Positions 27,080 to 39,782 of a DNA stretch of 63,662 nt are shown here, piece after piece. Origin of the DNA: Octopus bimaculoides (Eukaryota); the NCBI RefSeq assembly GCF_001194135.2, contig NC_069003.1, forward strand, positions 28,612,051-28,675,712, in the 5' to 3' direction. The notes under the pieces were generated by a model, which had not been told where the DNA came from, made no database searches, and saw nothing but the letters and a program-made list of their open reading frames with translations. The translations under genes were made by a program, and so were the position numbers. Position 1 is the first letter of the stretch. The number at the start of each line of letters is the position of its first letter.

Positions 27080-27614
27080 CTATTTGTACACAAATAGCAA
27101 TCATATTTTAAGACTTGATCTGCCATTGACGTTCTTTGTCTATTTGATTAGCGTTATTTCTACATATGTATATAGAAATAACACCGATCGAAAAGACCTG
27201 TATGTGTACATACACATACATAAGCACATATATACACGCGCATATACACTCATTTTATCGTACAAATATAAGATGAAAAAAAGATGCAGTCGAATATACT
27301 GAAGCCACTACTTATGGTTAGTAAGTTATATAGTCGTGCTACAAAATAAACTATGACAAAATAGGCCATGTTTTGAGAAAGGATAGTTTTGCCGATTAAT
27401 CGCATGGGTAGTCTCATTTGATGGACTTTTTTACAATTCAATATATAATATATGTGAGACCTACCGTATTAGTATCTACCTTGAAAATTGCTCATCTGAA
27501 AGATTCCCGGCAGCCATATTGATAGCATTGATATTCGGTAGTATCACAATTGTTCTCTCTCGATACATACATACACACACATACATACATACATATATAT
27601 ACATACATACTTAC

Positions 27615-27789
27615 ATGATGGCTGCAAACTCGTGTTCGATTATTGCCATCACCTGATCGAAAGTTCCATACAAGCGAAGAATACAACCAGCCATTTTTTT
27701 CCAGCGATGCCTGCGCCGGATGATGTTTTTAGAGTATGAAAAGGATTTGCACAAATCCAATCTCACTGTCTGAGCATGGGCAATATAAA
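27615..27789 (-). CDS. best-supported internal coding exon, unidentified protein
   Basis: Acceptor ccttcttttccag, donor CAT|GTAAGT, 175 nt, only one open frame (YIAHAQTVRLDLCKSFSYSKNIIRRRHRWKKMAGCILRLYGTFDQVMAIIEHEFAAI), higher GC than its flanks. Confidence 0.6.
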
Positions 27790-27869
27790 CTGGAAAAGAA
27801 GGACTAGTCTACATCATCGAATATTGTCAGTGTCGCAGTTTTTCACTCTGTTTTTTTTTTCTCCTAGAG

Positions 27870-28160
27870 AGATGTGACAACAATAGAAGAGCCAACCGCC
27901 CGTCTGGAAACCAAACCTGGTGTTTCCTAACCTCTGCGCATATATACATGCATACGCACACGTTAGATGACCGTTTACTGCTCATGAGCTCTTCCGCCTA
28001 TTGACAGGTCTTATTTCTTGTTCCTGCAGGGTGTCCAACATTCACCTTCCTCACCCAGCAAGCTTGATGGGGTTGCCAGTTTAGCAGCCGACGAGCCACC
28101 CATGCAACAGGTTGTACTGGATTTCATGTACTGGATTTCATGTACTGGATTTCATGTACG
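27870..28160 (-). mobile_element. interspersed repeat fragment, possibly RTE-associated, with a 14-bp tandem (TGGATTTCATGTAC x3)
   Basis: CCAGTACAACCTGTTGCATGG...CTAAACTGGCAACCCCATCAAGC resembles an Octopus repeat I recall; the family assignment is tentative. Confidence 0.4.
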
Positions 28161-28480
28161 TGTTTTGTTTGTTCGCCGGTTCGCTGTGTTAAAGCGTCTG
28201 AAGAACAACACCTTCATTGCACTGGATGTTAAAATGCATGAATATAATAGACAGGCGAGACAACTCGCCCTAGATTCAGTTCGTCCTAGGTTCGATTCAC
28301 ATACGTGTGAAGCCACAATAATGGCGAAATATCAGTTTCCATCACTCCTGAGTGGGATGTGCGTCGAGATGTCTCGTCTATCTATGCCTTTTAGTGCAAT
28401 TAGGGAGTCGTTCTTGAGGCGCATTGCCGCAGCAAACCATTGAACGAACAAAGCACATACATTGAATATGTGGGCTCGAT

Positions 28481-28565
28481 AAGACACTTGCCAAAGGTAC
28501 TACGCAGTAGGACTGAACCCGGAACCATGTGGTTGGTAAGCAAGCTACTTACCACAGAGCCACGC
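28481..28565 (-). mobile_element. family-C SINE 5' head
   Basis: Reverse complement GTGGCTCTGTGGTAAGTAGC...GGTTCCGGGTTCAGTCC...GGCAAGTGTCTT (A box, B box, CORE-like start). Confidence 0.85.
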
Positions 28566-30380
28566 ATATTTTTTTATGTATATATATATTTGTGTGTTTG
28601 CCTATAGTCATATACATATAATACATGCATATGTATGGACACAGACAGACAGACACACATATAGATATATATGCATGATTATATATAAATTTACAGCTAC
28701 CTGTTTATATATGTACGTATATATGCATGTATATACAACACGTTACATAATGGCAACTAAATAATCTATACTTCACTGATGATGTAATAGAAGACTGAAA
28801 TGTCAACAATATTCTACAGTGGGCGTTAAGAACATCATGTGCTCCCATCCATCATCTTCTATATTGTCCAAAGTTCTTTTATTAATGTCATTGCATTTAT
28901 CTTCTTGCATCTTTCTCTTAGGTTTTAAATATTCCTACAAAGACTTTTTGTCTAATAATGAGTTAGAAAACTTCAGTAACGTATTTCACTTCACTGTATC
29001 AAATACGCTAGATTCTATGAACAATATCAGCGTATCTGTCATTCCTGAATTAACCATTGTTTCGTTCTTCTTAGAAACGCGACGTCAACGTCATTTGTCG
29101 GAAATAATCACTCTATATTATAACTATTATAACTAATACAATTATAAATATTTTATTGAGTGTGACTGCTTAATCCTATGAATGACCTCTGCAGGATGAG
29201 TCGGGCAATGATTGGTATATTTTCGAAATTACTGTCAAGAAAATGTTAAAAATGTGTACCTCTAAATGTATTGTGATTTCGTTTTTTCACAGTTTAAGGC
29301 TTATGAAAACATATTTTCACTGGAAACAGTTTTAGCAGATTGTATCACTGAACAGCGAAACTCTTGATTTGACTAAGTACATTGAACGGGCTTTGAAACA
29401 TTTTTTTTATTGCTGATTCCATACTGACATATTAGACATAAGACATAAGACATTTTAATGTTTCCTCGTTCTCTCCCGTTGTCTTTCTATCCTCTCCCTT
29501 ACCTCTTTCCCTCTCTGAGTTTATGTTTGTGAGCATACTTCCCTGTATGCGTATGAGGAGACGTAAAATGTTCGTGTCATTTGTGTACAACTTGCAATGT
29601 ATGTCTTACTGTCTCTCTCTCATTCTGTCAGTATTTTTATATTTCTGAGTGTGTATTCTTACGTGTGAATGTTTGTTCCTCTGTGTGTTTTTGCCTCTAG
29701 TACCAAGTATACTATCACCAAAACAGTTTCAGTGTCTACTGAATGATGCCAAATCAGCACTGTGCATTAAGCTGCACCAAACTGTCTTATTCTGCATAAA
29801 CCGTGGTGTGAGTAGGAATTCTGTCTTCTATCTGAATTTCTTAGGCGAAGTTATATTTCCGAAATGTCAGATTTATCATATTCTCGCCGCATAAAACTAA
29901 AAATAAACAAAGTTACAGAATTCAGTGTATGATTCTTACAGATGCACATCGCGACCATTTTTTCAGCTCTTTTTGTTTTACCTATATATTGTATATTCGC
30001 AATTTCTCGCCTCGTAAATTTTAAGAAGAACCTTTTACAGACGATAAACATTAAATAAACATACGTATATAATTAAACATGCTAGCTTGAAAACACTATT
30101 TAAATATACCTTGTCTGTGGTTTTTCATTAGACAGGTAAGCTTCAATGGAGTCTGACGACAGGTAATGAACCATAAAACGTATTTATTATGAGCACATTC
30201 ACACACACACGCATGCACACAATCACGCAAACATATGTATATATGGGTAGGTATATATATGTATATTTATATGTTTATATATATATATATATATGGGCAT
30301 ATAACTAGTTACTATATATGTATACGTATGTGTGTGTGTGTGTGTGTGTGTGTATATACACATATACATACACACACATA

Positions 30381-30417
<37 letters not shown>

Positions 30418-30941
30418 GTATATATATANNNNNNNNNNNNNNNNNNNNNNNNNNNNNNNNNNNNNNNNNNNNNNNNNNNNNNNNNNNNNNNNNNNNNNNN
30501 NNNNNNNNNNNNNNNNNNNNNNNNNNNNNNNNNNNNNNNNNNNNNNNNNNNNNNNNNNNNNNNNNNNNNNNNNNNNNNNNNNNNNNNNNNNNNNNNNNNN
30601 NNNNNNNNNNNNNNNNNNNNNNNNNNNNNNNNNNNNNNNNNNNNNNNNNNNNNNNNNNNNNNNNNNNNNNNNNNNNNNNNNNNNNNNNNNNNNNNNNNNN
30701 NNNNNNNNNNNNNNNNNNNNNNNNNNNNNNNNNNNNNNNNNNNNNNNNNNNNNNNNNNNNNNNNNNNNNNNNNNNNNNNNNNNNNNNNNNNNNNNNNNNN
30801 NNNNNNNNNNNNNNNNNNNNNNNNNNNNNNNNNNNNNNNNNNNNNNNNNNNNNNNNNNNNNNNNNNNNNNNNNNNNNNNNNNNNNNNNNNNNNNNNNNNN
30901 NNNNNNNNNNNNNNNNNNNNNNNNNNNNNNNNNNNNNNNNN

Positions 30942-31009
<68 letters not shown>

Positions 31010-32170
31010 GTGTGTGCAGGTGTGTTTTAGAGCATCTCTGTGAGTATGGATGATTAAATTATAGGCATGCGCTTCTAAGTCGAAAAAAAGTATCTAAAAT
31101 AATAACATATAGAAAGAAATCGATCGAGGAATAAGTTAACTGAAAGAGAAGGAAATTGCAAAAATCAAGATTGAGTAAATAAATGTAATATACCATATTA
31201 AACCAAAATAATAACTTCAACTTATGGTACATATATGTAATTATCTTTTCCTAAAACTTTATACTTCTTTAAAAGTTATCGAAACGTTCTTTTTACATCT
31301 CTTCCTTTCTGTATCATATCGTAGTTCAGATTCCTGCAATAATTTGACTGTATCTTTAGAAGAATATTCTGAATTAATGCGCTATGGATGATTGATAATT
31401 CGGTCAAAGTAATGACAACTATGTAAGATATACAATATACAATATTACAATATCCAATACAGACTACTAATTCTAAGCAATTCTCTGTTTACCTGTTTAT
31501 CCGACAGTGTAATAGCATTCGACTGTAATATTTCGTTTTCCGTTTTTTCTTTACTAACCTTCATATTGGATACTTTAAATACATTCATACATATATCAAT
31601 TGTCCTTTTGTCAAAGTTTAAAGTTTCTTTAACATAATGTCTCCTATGTATTTCATACAGTATAATTTACAGTACAGAATTGAAGTATATTTATTTAGCA
31701 TTGCTTACAGTCATCATCTTTTCAATATAAGATTGGTGCTCTCATATGATTATTGATTTCTAGAATTGTATTCTCTGATAGTCTCTGAATTTTTCGAACA
31801 AGCCAGGAAAACTAAGTTCATAAGAACATTTTTTGTTCTTATTTTGATATTGCTGGTGTTGTTTTAATGTCATCGCTGTGCTGTTGCTTTTGTTCTGGTT
31901 TCTGCTGACAAGGGTGACTGAATAGACATACCATCAAAAAAGTTGACCAGCTAGGACTTGATCAACCATCTTTTGTATTCAGACATAATGTATCCAGGAT
32001 TATATCGGCACCAATACTTAACTGGTATTTCATTTTATTAACCTCAGCTTGAAAAAGGAAAAGAAAAGGAAGGACGGATTATAAAACATATTTCTAAATA
32101 ATCCCCTGGAGACGTCATGATCCGGAATGGATCGTATTTTTGACCCTTAATTTGATAGATCAGAACTGAT

Positions 32171-32257
32171 TTGTTTCGACGAGGAGGTTCTTACCTCTTT
32201 CTCAAAGGCTCTCTTTACTTTTGAGACAGTACTTCTTGATACACCAAACATTTCGGC
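32171..32257 (-). mobile_element. Tc1-like transposase N-terminal HTH fragment
   Basis: AEMFGVSRSTVSKVKRAFEKEVRTSSSKQ; collinear with the copy at 43957-44118. Confidence 0.85.
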
Positions 32258-32411
32258 AAATTTAGCAAAACATATTAAGCAACACTAAAAATAAATAAAA
32301 AAACATAAAATAAAGCTTTTGACGGTTTTATAGATATTTCTAAACTATGATGCTAGGTGTTTCCATTATTTTCTCCAACCCTGTACATACATACGTACAT
32401 ACATACATACA

Positions 32412-32447
<36 letters not shown>

Positions 32448-32641
32448 TACATATGTTATTGTTTGGATTGACTATATATAGTGGATTTTCATGGATGACT
32501 CATGAACCTTGGTTCTTTTCCCTAAAACTATATATTTATATATATTTAATACTGCGGAACTTAATTTAATTTTAATTTTTATAAATTGATTTTAATTGAA
32601 TCTTTACGTGTAATTTTGGATTATTATCCCTAATATTATTA

Positions 32642-32693
<52 letters not shown>

Positions 32694-33453
32694 GCAGTTA
32701 AGATATGCGTTTTACTCCATTCATTAAAGTTATATATATATATATAATTTATTAATAAACGTAGAAATTGATATTAATCAATATATAATATATATATATA
32801 TACAAACACAAATATTTAAAAGTACCTATAATTCGAATGCCGTCCTATACGCTGCAATATATTGATTAATTAACTTGATCGAATAAACGGAAACATAGAC
32901 GAGATCCATCATATAAATAGTGCAGCATTTATGTAAACGCAGCAGAAATATCGTTCGTTCGGTAATTATTTCACTGTGACAGGTATGAAATTCGCCATAT
33001 TGTATGAAATGAATCCATAAATTGAAATAAGATAACATGGTCAATATTTTGTCATTATATGGAAAATCGGTAGCCGCGATTAATCTTCATTACCGTAAAA
33101 TCGATAAATCAATGCATCATTGATAATTCTGATAAATACCTTGCCAAGAACACTGCATGATCACACTATGATAATGAGCAAACAATCCTGTTCTGTATTT
33201 TCGTGAAAACTTGATAGATTTATTTTGTATTTTACTTCATGTCTGAGATTCAATCCGTCAATGGAACTGTGAAAATTCGTAAAAGTTTCCAGGACTTTAT
33301 CATTTAAATATATATAGGAGCATGTCTAGATATGCAATCATATGGAAGAGAAGGTATACATAAAATGAGACATACAAATCTGCATGTAACATACAAATCT
33401 GCATGTAACATACATACATTCATACATACATATATGCATGCATTCAGAACTAC

Positions 33454-33536
33454 CTTCATGTCGATGTTGAAATTCCAATGAAGCAGCCTTGGGTCTAGGT
33501 TAGAAACTGACACTTTCTCGATTGTTAAAAAAATAT
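33454..33536 (-). CDS. candidate 83-nt exon (IFLTIEKVSVSNLDPRLLHWNFNIDMK)
   Basis: Acceptor ttcagttttatttcaag, donor AAG|GTAGTT, only one open frame. Confidence 0.35.
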
Positions 33537-34329
33537 CTTGAAATAAAACTGAATAATGACATACAAGTATACATACATTTATGTAAATATACATCTGTAT
33601 ACGTAGCACAGACACTCATTCATGTATGTATTATGCCCATTACATAAAATAACAGTTTGCTGTTTATATAGTGTTGTAGTGCATTATGATTATTGGATCA
33701 TTAAATATGTTAAGCACATATAGTTTACTCATATATTAAAAATCCCCATGTCTTCCCCGTATTATCAGAGTGAAACATATTGCGTAAGACAACAGCCGTC
33801 AGGTTTAATACAAGATTACAAGATAGCACCGATACACGAAAGTCATATTTGCTGAGACAAATCCCGTTTCGCATGCGCATATATTGAATTACAAATGATA
33901 TTGAAATGAAGATAATGGAGACACTTGAAGTATAGAAATACATTAGCAAGTTCGAGAGTAGTAATTGGGATTGATAATTGAAAATACAAGAAGGGAATGA
34001 TAGCAAGGGGATAATTTGAATTTTATTAGAAAAATATGTTTGTAATTGAAACTGAACTGAAATTGTAAGCTTACGTACACATGCACAAATACACACAGGC
34101 ACAGACACAAACGTACACACATATACATACAATATGTACATACATGCATACCTGTACACACACACATACACATACACTCACAGACACACACGCATACACA
34201 CATGTATAAATATATATGTACATATACGCATACCTGTACACATACAATGCGTTCTTTTATTCCTGATGGAAGAACACCTTTCGTCTTCAAACCAAAAATG
34301 GTCGTTTTCTTCTAGCGCTGACTTGAATG

Positions 34330-34475
34330 ACTGGTTGAACGACCAAATCCAAGCTTCTCTGCTAGTTCCTCAACAACTACGATGGGATTTTGTTTCTACC
34401 AGGGTTCGCAGGATGTCCTCGTCGAGCTCTACAGATTTTCAAAAACAAGATACGTCTTCTAAAACGAAGTTTACG
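34330..34475 (-). mobile_element. mariner transposase N-terminal HTH fragment
   Basis: NFVLED...SVELDEDILRTLVE/PIVVVEELAEKLGFGRST matches the mariner LEDEPRSGR.VELDED.L...VE.NP..TVEELAEKLG pattern. Confidence 0.8.
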
Positions 34476-34666
34476 TTTCAGACTGTCGTACATTTCAGAA
34501 TGTACGACAGTCACTCCTAGTAGGGCCACTACTAATTCAAAATAGCCATCATTCAGGTTAAGAACTGTTTAAAGAATAAAGTTTAAAGAGTAAACACACA
34601 CACATATACGCACACACTGCGAAACACAGAAATAGGGCAAGATACACATACAGAAATTGACAGTAC

Positions 34667-34726
34667 CCACAAGGCTTGAAAGTCGATCACAAATTTTGCT
34701 GGATGCTAAAAGATACGTATTGTATG
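34667..34726 (-). CDS. weak candidate 60-nt exon (YNTYLLASSKICDRLSSLV)
   Basis: Acceptor ctgttcttttcaacag and a weak donor; phase-compatible with 33454-33536. Confidence 0.25.
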
Positions 34727-35651
34727 CTGTTGAAAAGAACAGTGCTCTGAACTCATTGTTAATACTTTCCAGAAGTGTGAGTATATATGTGTGAATATGT
34801 TTAAAGAAAGTATATATTTTATGGATGGGCATATGTCCATTAAGATGACAAATATCTTATTCCTCTGACGCCGTCTATTAGTCATTTATTCATTCGTACA
34901 ATATATTGCACCCAATTTCAAATTTTGCTAACGGCTCCATATTTGCAAGAAATAAGAGATATATTGCATAAATATTATGATATATGTATTAGACTTGTAT
35001 TAAATAAACAACTTAGCATATATATTATATATCAACAAAATAAAAGCGTCCATAAATATTACCACACACATACAATCAATGCACAAAGACACATACTCAT
35101 ACACAGATGTACATACACATACACAGAGACAGACATAGTCATACACAAATGTAGAGATACTAACATGCCTCTATGTTTGTGTGGGCACATGTATGTTTAT
35201 ATAGTATATGCGTAATGATGTGTAAATACATGTATTTATATGTCTATATAAATTTATATATATATGTATATATATATATATATATNNNNNNNNNNNNNNN
35301 NNNNNNNNNNNNNNNNNNNNNNNNNNNNNNNNNNNNNNNNNNNNNNNNNNNNNNNNNNNNNNNNNNNNNNNNNNNNNNNNNNNNNNNNNNNNNNNNNNNN
35401 NNNNNNNNNNNNNNNNNNNNNNNNNNNNNNNNNNNNNNNNNNNNNNNNNNNNNNNNNNNNNNNNNNNNNNNNNNNNNNNNNNNNNNNNNNNNNNNNNNNN
35501 NNNNNNNNNNNNNNNNNNNNNNNNNNNNNNNNNNNNNNNNNNNNNNNNNNNNNNNNNNNNNNNNNNNNNNNNNNNNNNNNNNNNNNNNNNNNNNATATAT
35601 ATGGAAAAATACAAAGTAGAAAGGGCTAAATTACTTTTATAAAAAACATTT

Positions 35652-35687
35652 CAGTACCGGTTTCGATCCTTGAGATCTTTTCAACAG
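35652..35687 (-). ncRNA. minimal type I hammerhead ribozyme motif (Penelope-type), U3-A8 variant
   Basis: Minus strand CUG UUGAAAA GAUC-ucaag-GAUC GAA AC-cg-GU A CUG: full core with U3/A8, 4-bp stem II, palindromic ACCGGU stem III and a GUA cleavage triplet. Stem I is short and has a U-U mismatch. Confidence 0.6.
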
Positions 35688-36924
35688 TAAATATGGATAA
35701 TGAATTTTGGAAAAATTAAATTTTGGCAAATTTAAATGAAAAGTCTTTTTAAGAACATATTTGTATAGTATATTGCTCCATTCGAACTCATCAGTGTGAG
35801 GAACGCTGAAGCATAATGCATGTTAATTTGGAGACAAAATATCACAACTCGGTCGCTAATAATTAATTTCTAATAAACCTGCTAGCTACTTGTGACATCA
35901 GCATCTTTTCAGACGCTGAGATTCTATGTATCATAGAAGCGAGATTTGACTGGCATGTGATCAACCGATGCCTTCCACAGACGAGATTCAATAGTACGAA
36001 GTCATGTGTTATAGAAATCCCGGTGCCTTTGTCAGAGGAATTTCCTCTGCTACGCTCTCTGTGTGCACTGTATTGAAACGAAATGCAAACAATCGGAGGA
36101 TCTCTCAGACTAATAGCGCAGTAGTCGGAGTTCTAACAGTCATCGATATATACTTGGGGTATAAATATTATCTTTTGGTATTGATACTCCTTCCGTCACA
36201 AATAATTCATTATGGACGTATGATAACGATACCCCCTACCCCCTTTTTCTCTCTAAATACATACATCCGTTCATTAATATTTCGCATAGGCATAGCGATG
36301 CTATCAACCTAGTCTTAGAACTTAATATCCATATGCTTCAGAACAATGCATTAGTCGAGAGCAGAGAGTAGTATGAAACTATGAAAATGACGAAGAACAT
36401 GAATTCTTGCAATCACCTTATAACCGCCTCTGCTATATGACGCAGTGAAGTGGGCATCATCTAATAGTTTACTCAGATCTATCTATCTATCTATCTATCT
36501 AGCCATCCATTTTTATGAACTTTTTTTCGCTCAGTACTTAGCCGATGAAGTTTCTTCATCTAGTAATGCACTCTAGTAATTATATACTCAATCGCTAGGA
36601 AGGCATATGATTTCCCGTAAATAACTTTTACTTTATTATTTTTTGAAGATTAGGTTGGAATTATTTTTCTTTCAGTTAGTCCAAATTTAATATCAGTATA
36701 CTAACCTTCGTACATACCAACGAATCTAATAAAAATCAAACCCACCCACCCATACACAAGCACACTCATATACAAACTCACGCACACACACCCACAATAC
36801 ACACACACATACATTTATACTTGGACATAGATGTTTTAAGTGCATATGCCTCATGCAGACATACATACATATATGCATATATGTGTATATAGATATATAC
36901 ATATGTGTGTATATGTATATATAT

Positions 36925-36988
<64 letters not shown>

Positions 36989-37077
36989 TTTTACACATAT
37001 ACATGTATATATATTAATATGTATATACATATATATATATTAATATATACATGTATATATATGTATATATATATATG

Positions 37078-37138
<61 letters not shown>

Positions 37139-38145
37139 GTATGTATGTATGTATGAATTTATGTGTGTATGTATATTTTTGCATATATGGACATGCTGGA
37201 GCAGTTGGGCGTTAATCGGATTCTAATAAGTTGTAAAAGAGAATTCTTTGATGTCTCCATACCGGACGTGATAAATGAAAAAAGTTTTAAAAAAAAGACA
37301 TCGTACGCTAACAAAGAATAACACCAATATAATGAACATTAAGTTGATTCTGCAGACAGCTATAATTAAAAAAGAAAGATTAATGTACTGATTATACGCC
37401 AAACCATTATTGTCTATAGGCAAACATTGGAGTTTTGCTTTGTTTGTTCACCATTGTAATATAAATGCAAAAAAGAAAAAAAAAACAGACAAATAATTAA
37501 AATAAACAACCGCAAATATTTTGGTAAACTTGGAACTAGGCATTCTTAAAGTTGATTAATTGTGTTCAAGTCAATTGTTGTTAGAAAAGCATATAGAATT
37601 CTTTAACGATTTTACTGTGTGGCTCAGGTTGAAAAATAAAAGAAAACTAAAAGAAGACAGGAAGATCGTGTTTTGAAGATGGTAGGAAGTGGTTGATTTT
37701 CTTGAAATTTCGTATTGAATTGAATATTTTTTTGTTCTTCAAAGAAAGAGGATAAAAGTAAAGGGTTAAACTAGTCTTGAACAACTACTTTGTTTTTTTC
37801 ATTTCGTGTCTATCTATCTATCTATCTATCTATACTGTATGTCTATCTGTAAACACACACACATATATAATAGTCTCCCCGACTGTTATGACTGCTACGT
37901 TTCAAAACCTCTAATGGAAATAGTTAGAATCTAAAAGAAAAATAAACAGCTATAGGCTGCAGAAACCTGCGATGTACTGAGTGCGCGATAGGTGAATCGC
38001 AATATGGCGAGCGGTTACTTTATACATATAATCTCAGTCCTAACAAACTGGAAAATACCTAAGACCAGGGATTCCTTGTTCGCTCCTTAAGTCCATAAGA
38101 TTTGCCTAAGTGGAGTAACTCGCCCTGGCTAAACCTCAAACGCAT

Positions 38146-38432
38146 TTCTTCTTCTTCTTCTTCTTCTTCTTCTTCTTCTTCTTCTTCTTCTTCTTCTTCT
38201 TCTTCTTCTTCTTCTTCTTCTTCTTCTTCTTCTTCTTCTTCTTCTTCTTCTTCTTCTTCTTCTTTAGCACTCCGGACTAAGTGTTTAGCGGTATTTCGTC
38301 CGTCTTTACGTTATGAGTTCAAATTCTGCCGAGGTCGACTTTGCCTTTCATTCTTTCGGGGTCGATAAAATAAGTGTCTATTTGAGCACTGGGGTCGATG
38401 TAATTGACTAGACCCCTCCTCCAAATTTTTTC
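38146..38432 (+). mobile_element. (TTC)n tract followed by a family-A SINE (38264-38432)
   Basis: Direct reading of the repeat and the SINE core. Confidence 0.9.
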
Positions 38433-38781
38433 CGCTCAAAAGGTCCCTGAATAGGGGTTGTTTAAGGATGATGAACAAAGGACCCATGTTTCCAAAGGTG
38501 AATTATCCAAACCCCAAAGAATTCCTCTCAGCACATGGCTATGATGCTCCCCCATTAGTTCTGCTGGTGATCACAGATGTACATATCGTTAGCCAATAAG
38601 GGACATGCTCCACTGGTTAAGGTGAAGCAGCTGACAAGCAAATCTGTGGTTTTGAGCAGAATATTTGCTGTAGCCCATCTTTTATACGAAGACAAAACAA
38701 TATACTTGATATCACTTCCAATCAGTCAAGACCAGAAGCCATGAGAGACACTGCTTGGTACAGCATCAGGGCATTTTATGA

Positions 38782-38856
<75 letters not shown>
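38433..38856 (+). mobile_element. unclassified retroposon 3' end with an (ATT)n tail
   Basis: About 350 bp of higher-GC sequence abuts the SINE and ends in (ATT)n, as expected of a retroposon tail. Confidence 0.45.
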
Positions 38857-38857
<1 letters not shown>

Positions 38858-39749
38858 ATTCAGCCTTTCCTAGTAGGGGCAGTGAAATTTCCATATGTGT
38901 TTAATATAAGAAAGTGGAAATTATGACATTCTGAATATGTCAAGATTATAGGAAACTGGCAACCATTTTGAGCATTGTTGCAAATCCAAATTCAATGGAA
39001 TGATATCTGTTTTATGCTAATAAAATGCAAATATATTTCTAGTTATGCAACGAATATTGGATTTAGAAATAGAATACAAAACACACTAGATTGGTAAGAA
39101 GTAAATACATCATCTGATAGAAAAACAAATATGTAAAGAATAGTGAGCTCTCTCTTCTAAGTTGTTTAAGAGGTAACCGTTAAAAGGAGTTCGATATACA
39201 ATGAAAGATAGTCGAGAAAATATTAATATACATTGTATAACAATCACAAGCAAAGAATAAATATTTATTATTGAATTACCCATTCCTGTTTGCGAAAAGA
39301 GAAAAGAAAAACACAAAGTATGTAAAATTTATTGAATATTTTAAACATTACACCAAAACTGTTGCACCTTATTAACGTATTTCAGGAAATTCACCCGTTC
39401 AAATCTGACAGGATATGCTTTATCATACCATATATACATTTGTGTGCGTAAGTGTGTGTGAGTGTGTGTATGTGTGTGTGTGTGTTTGTGCTTGTGCATA
39501 GGTGTGGCTGAGTGGTAAGAAGTGAAACAATGTTTCACTTTTGACGCGTAATACTGCAATAATGTAAGATATAAGAGATTGCTCCGGCCTCCCATTAAGC
39601 AAGAAATTGAAACTTACCTGGGCCCATGACACTGCATGGACCGTAAGTAAGGCATATGTAAAATTTGAATGTAATCGGTTTGGTAGTTGTCGAGTTTTAG
39701 TGATTCACACATACAGACACAAAGACAGATATACACGCACATTCTCAGT

Positions 39750-39782
<33 letters not shown>

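Noticed and set aside
26826-27789. Faint resemblance of the candidate exons to dynein heavy chain N-terminal region
   Set aside because: Motif spacing does not match and similarity is at noise level, so no gene symbol was assigned.
28481-28565. tRNA-like A and B boxes, here and in other SINE heads
   Set aside because: No complete cloverleaf; they continue into SINE bodies.
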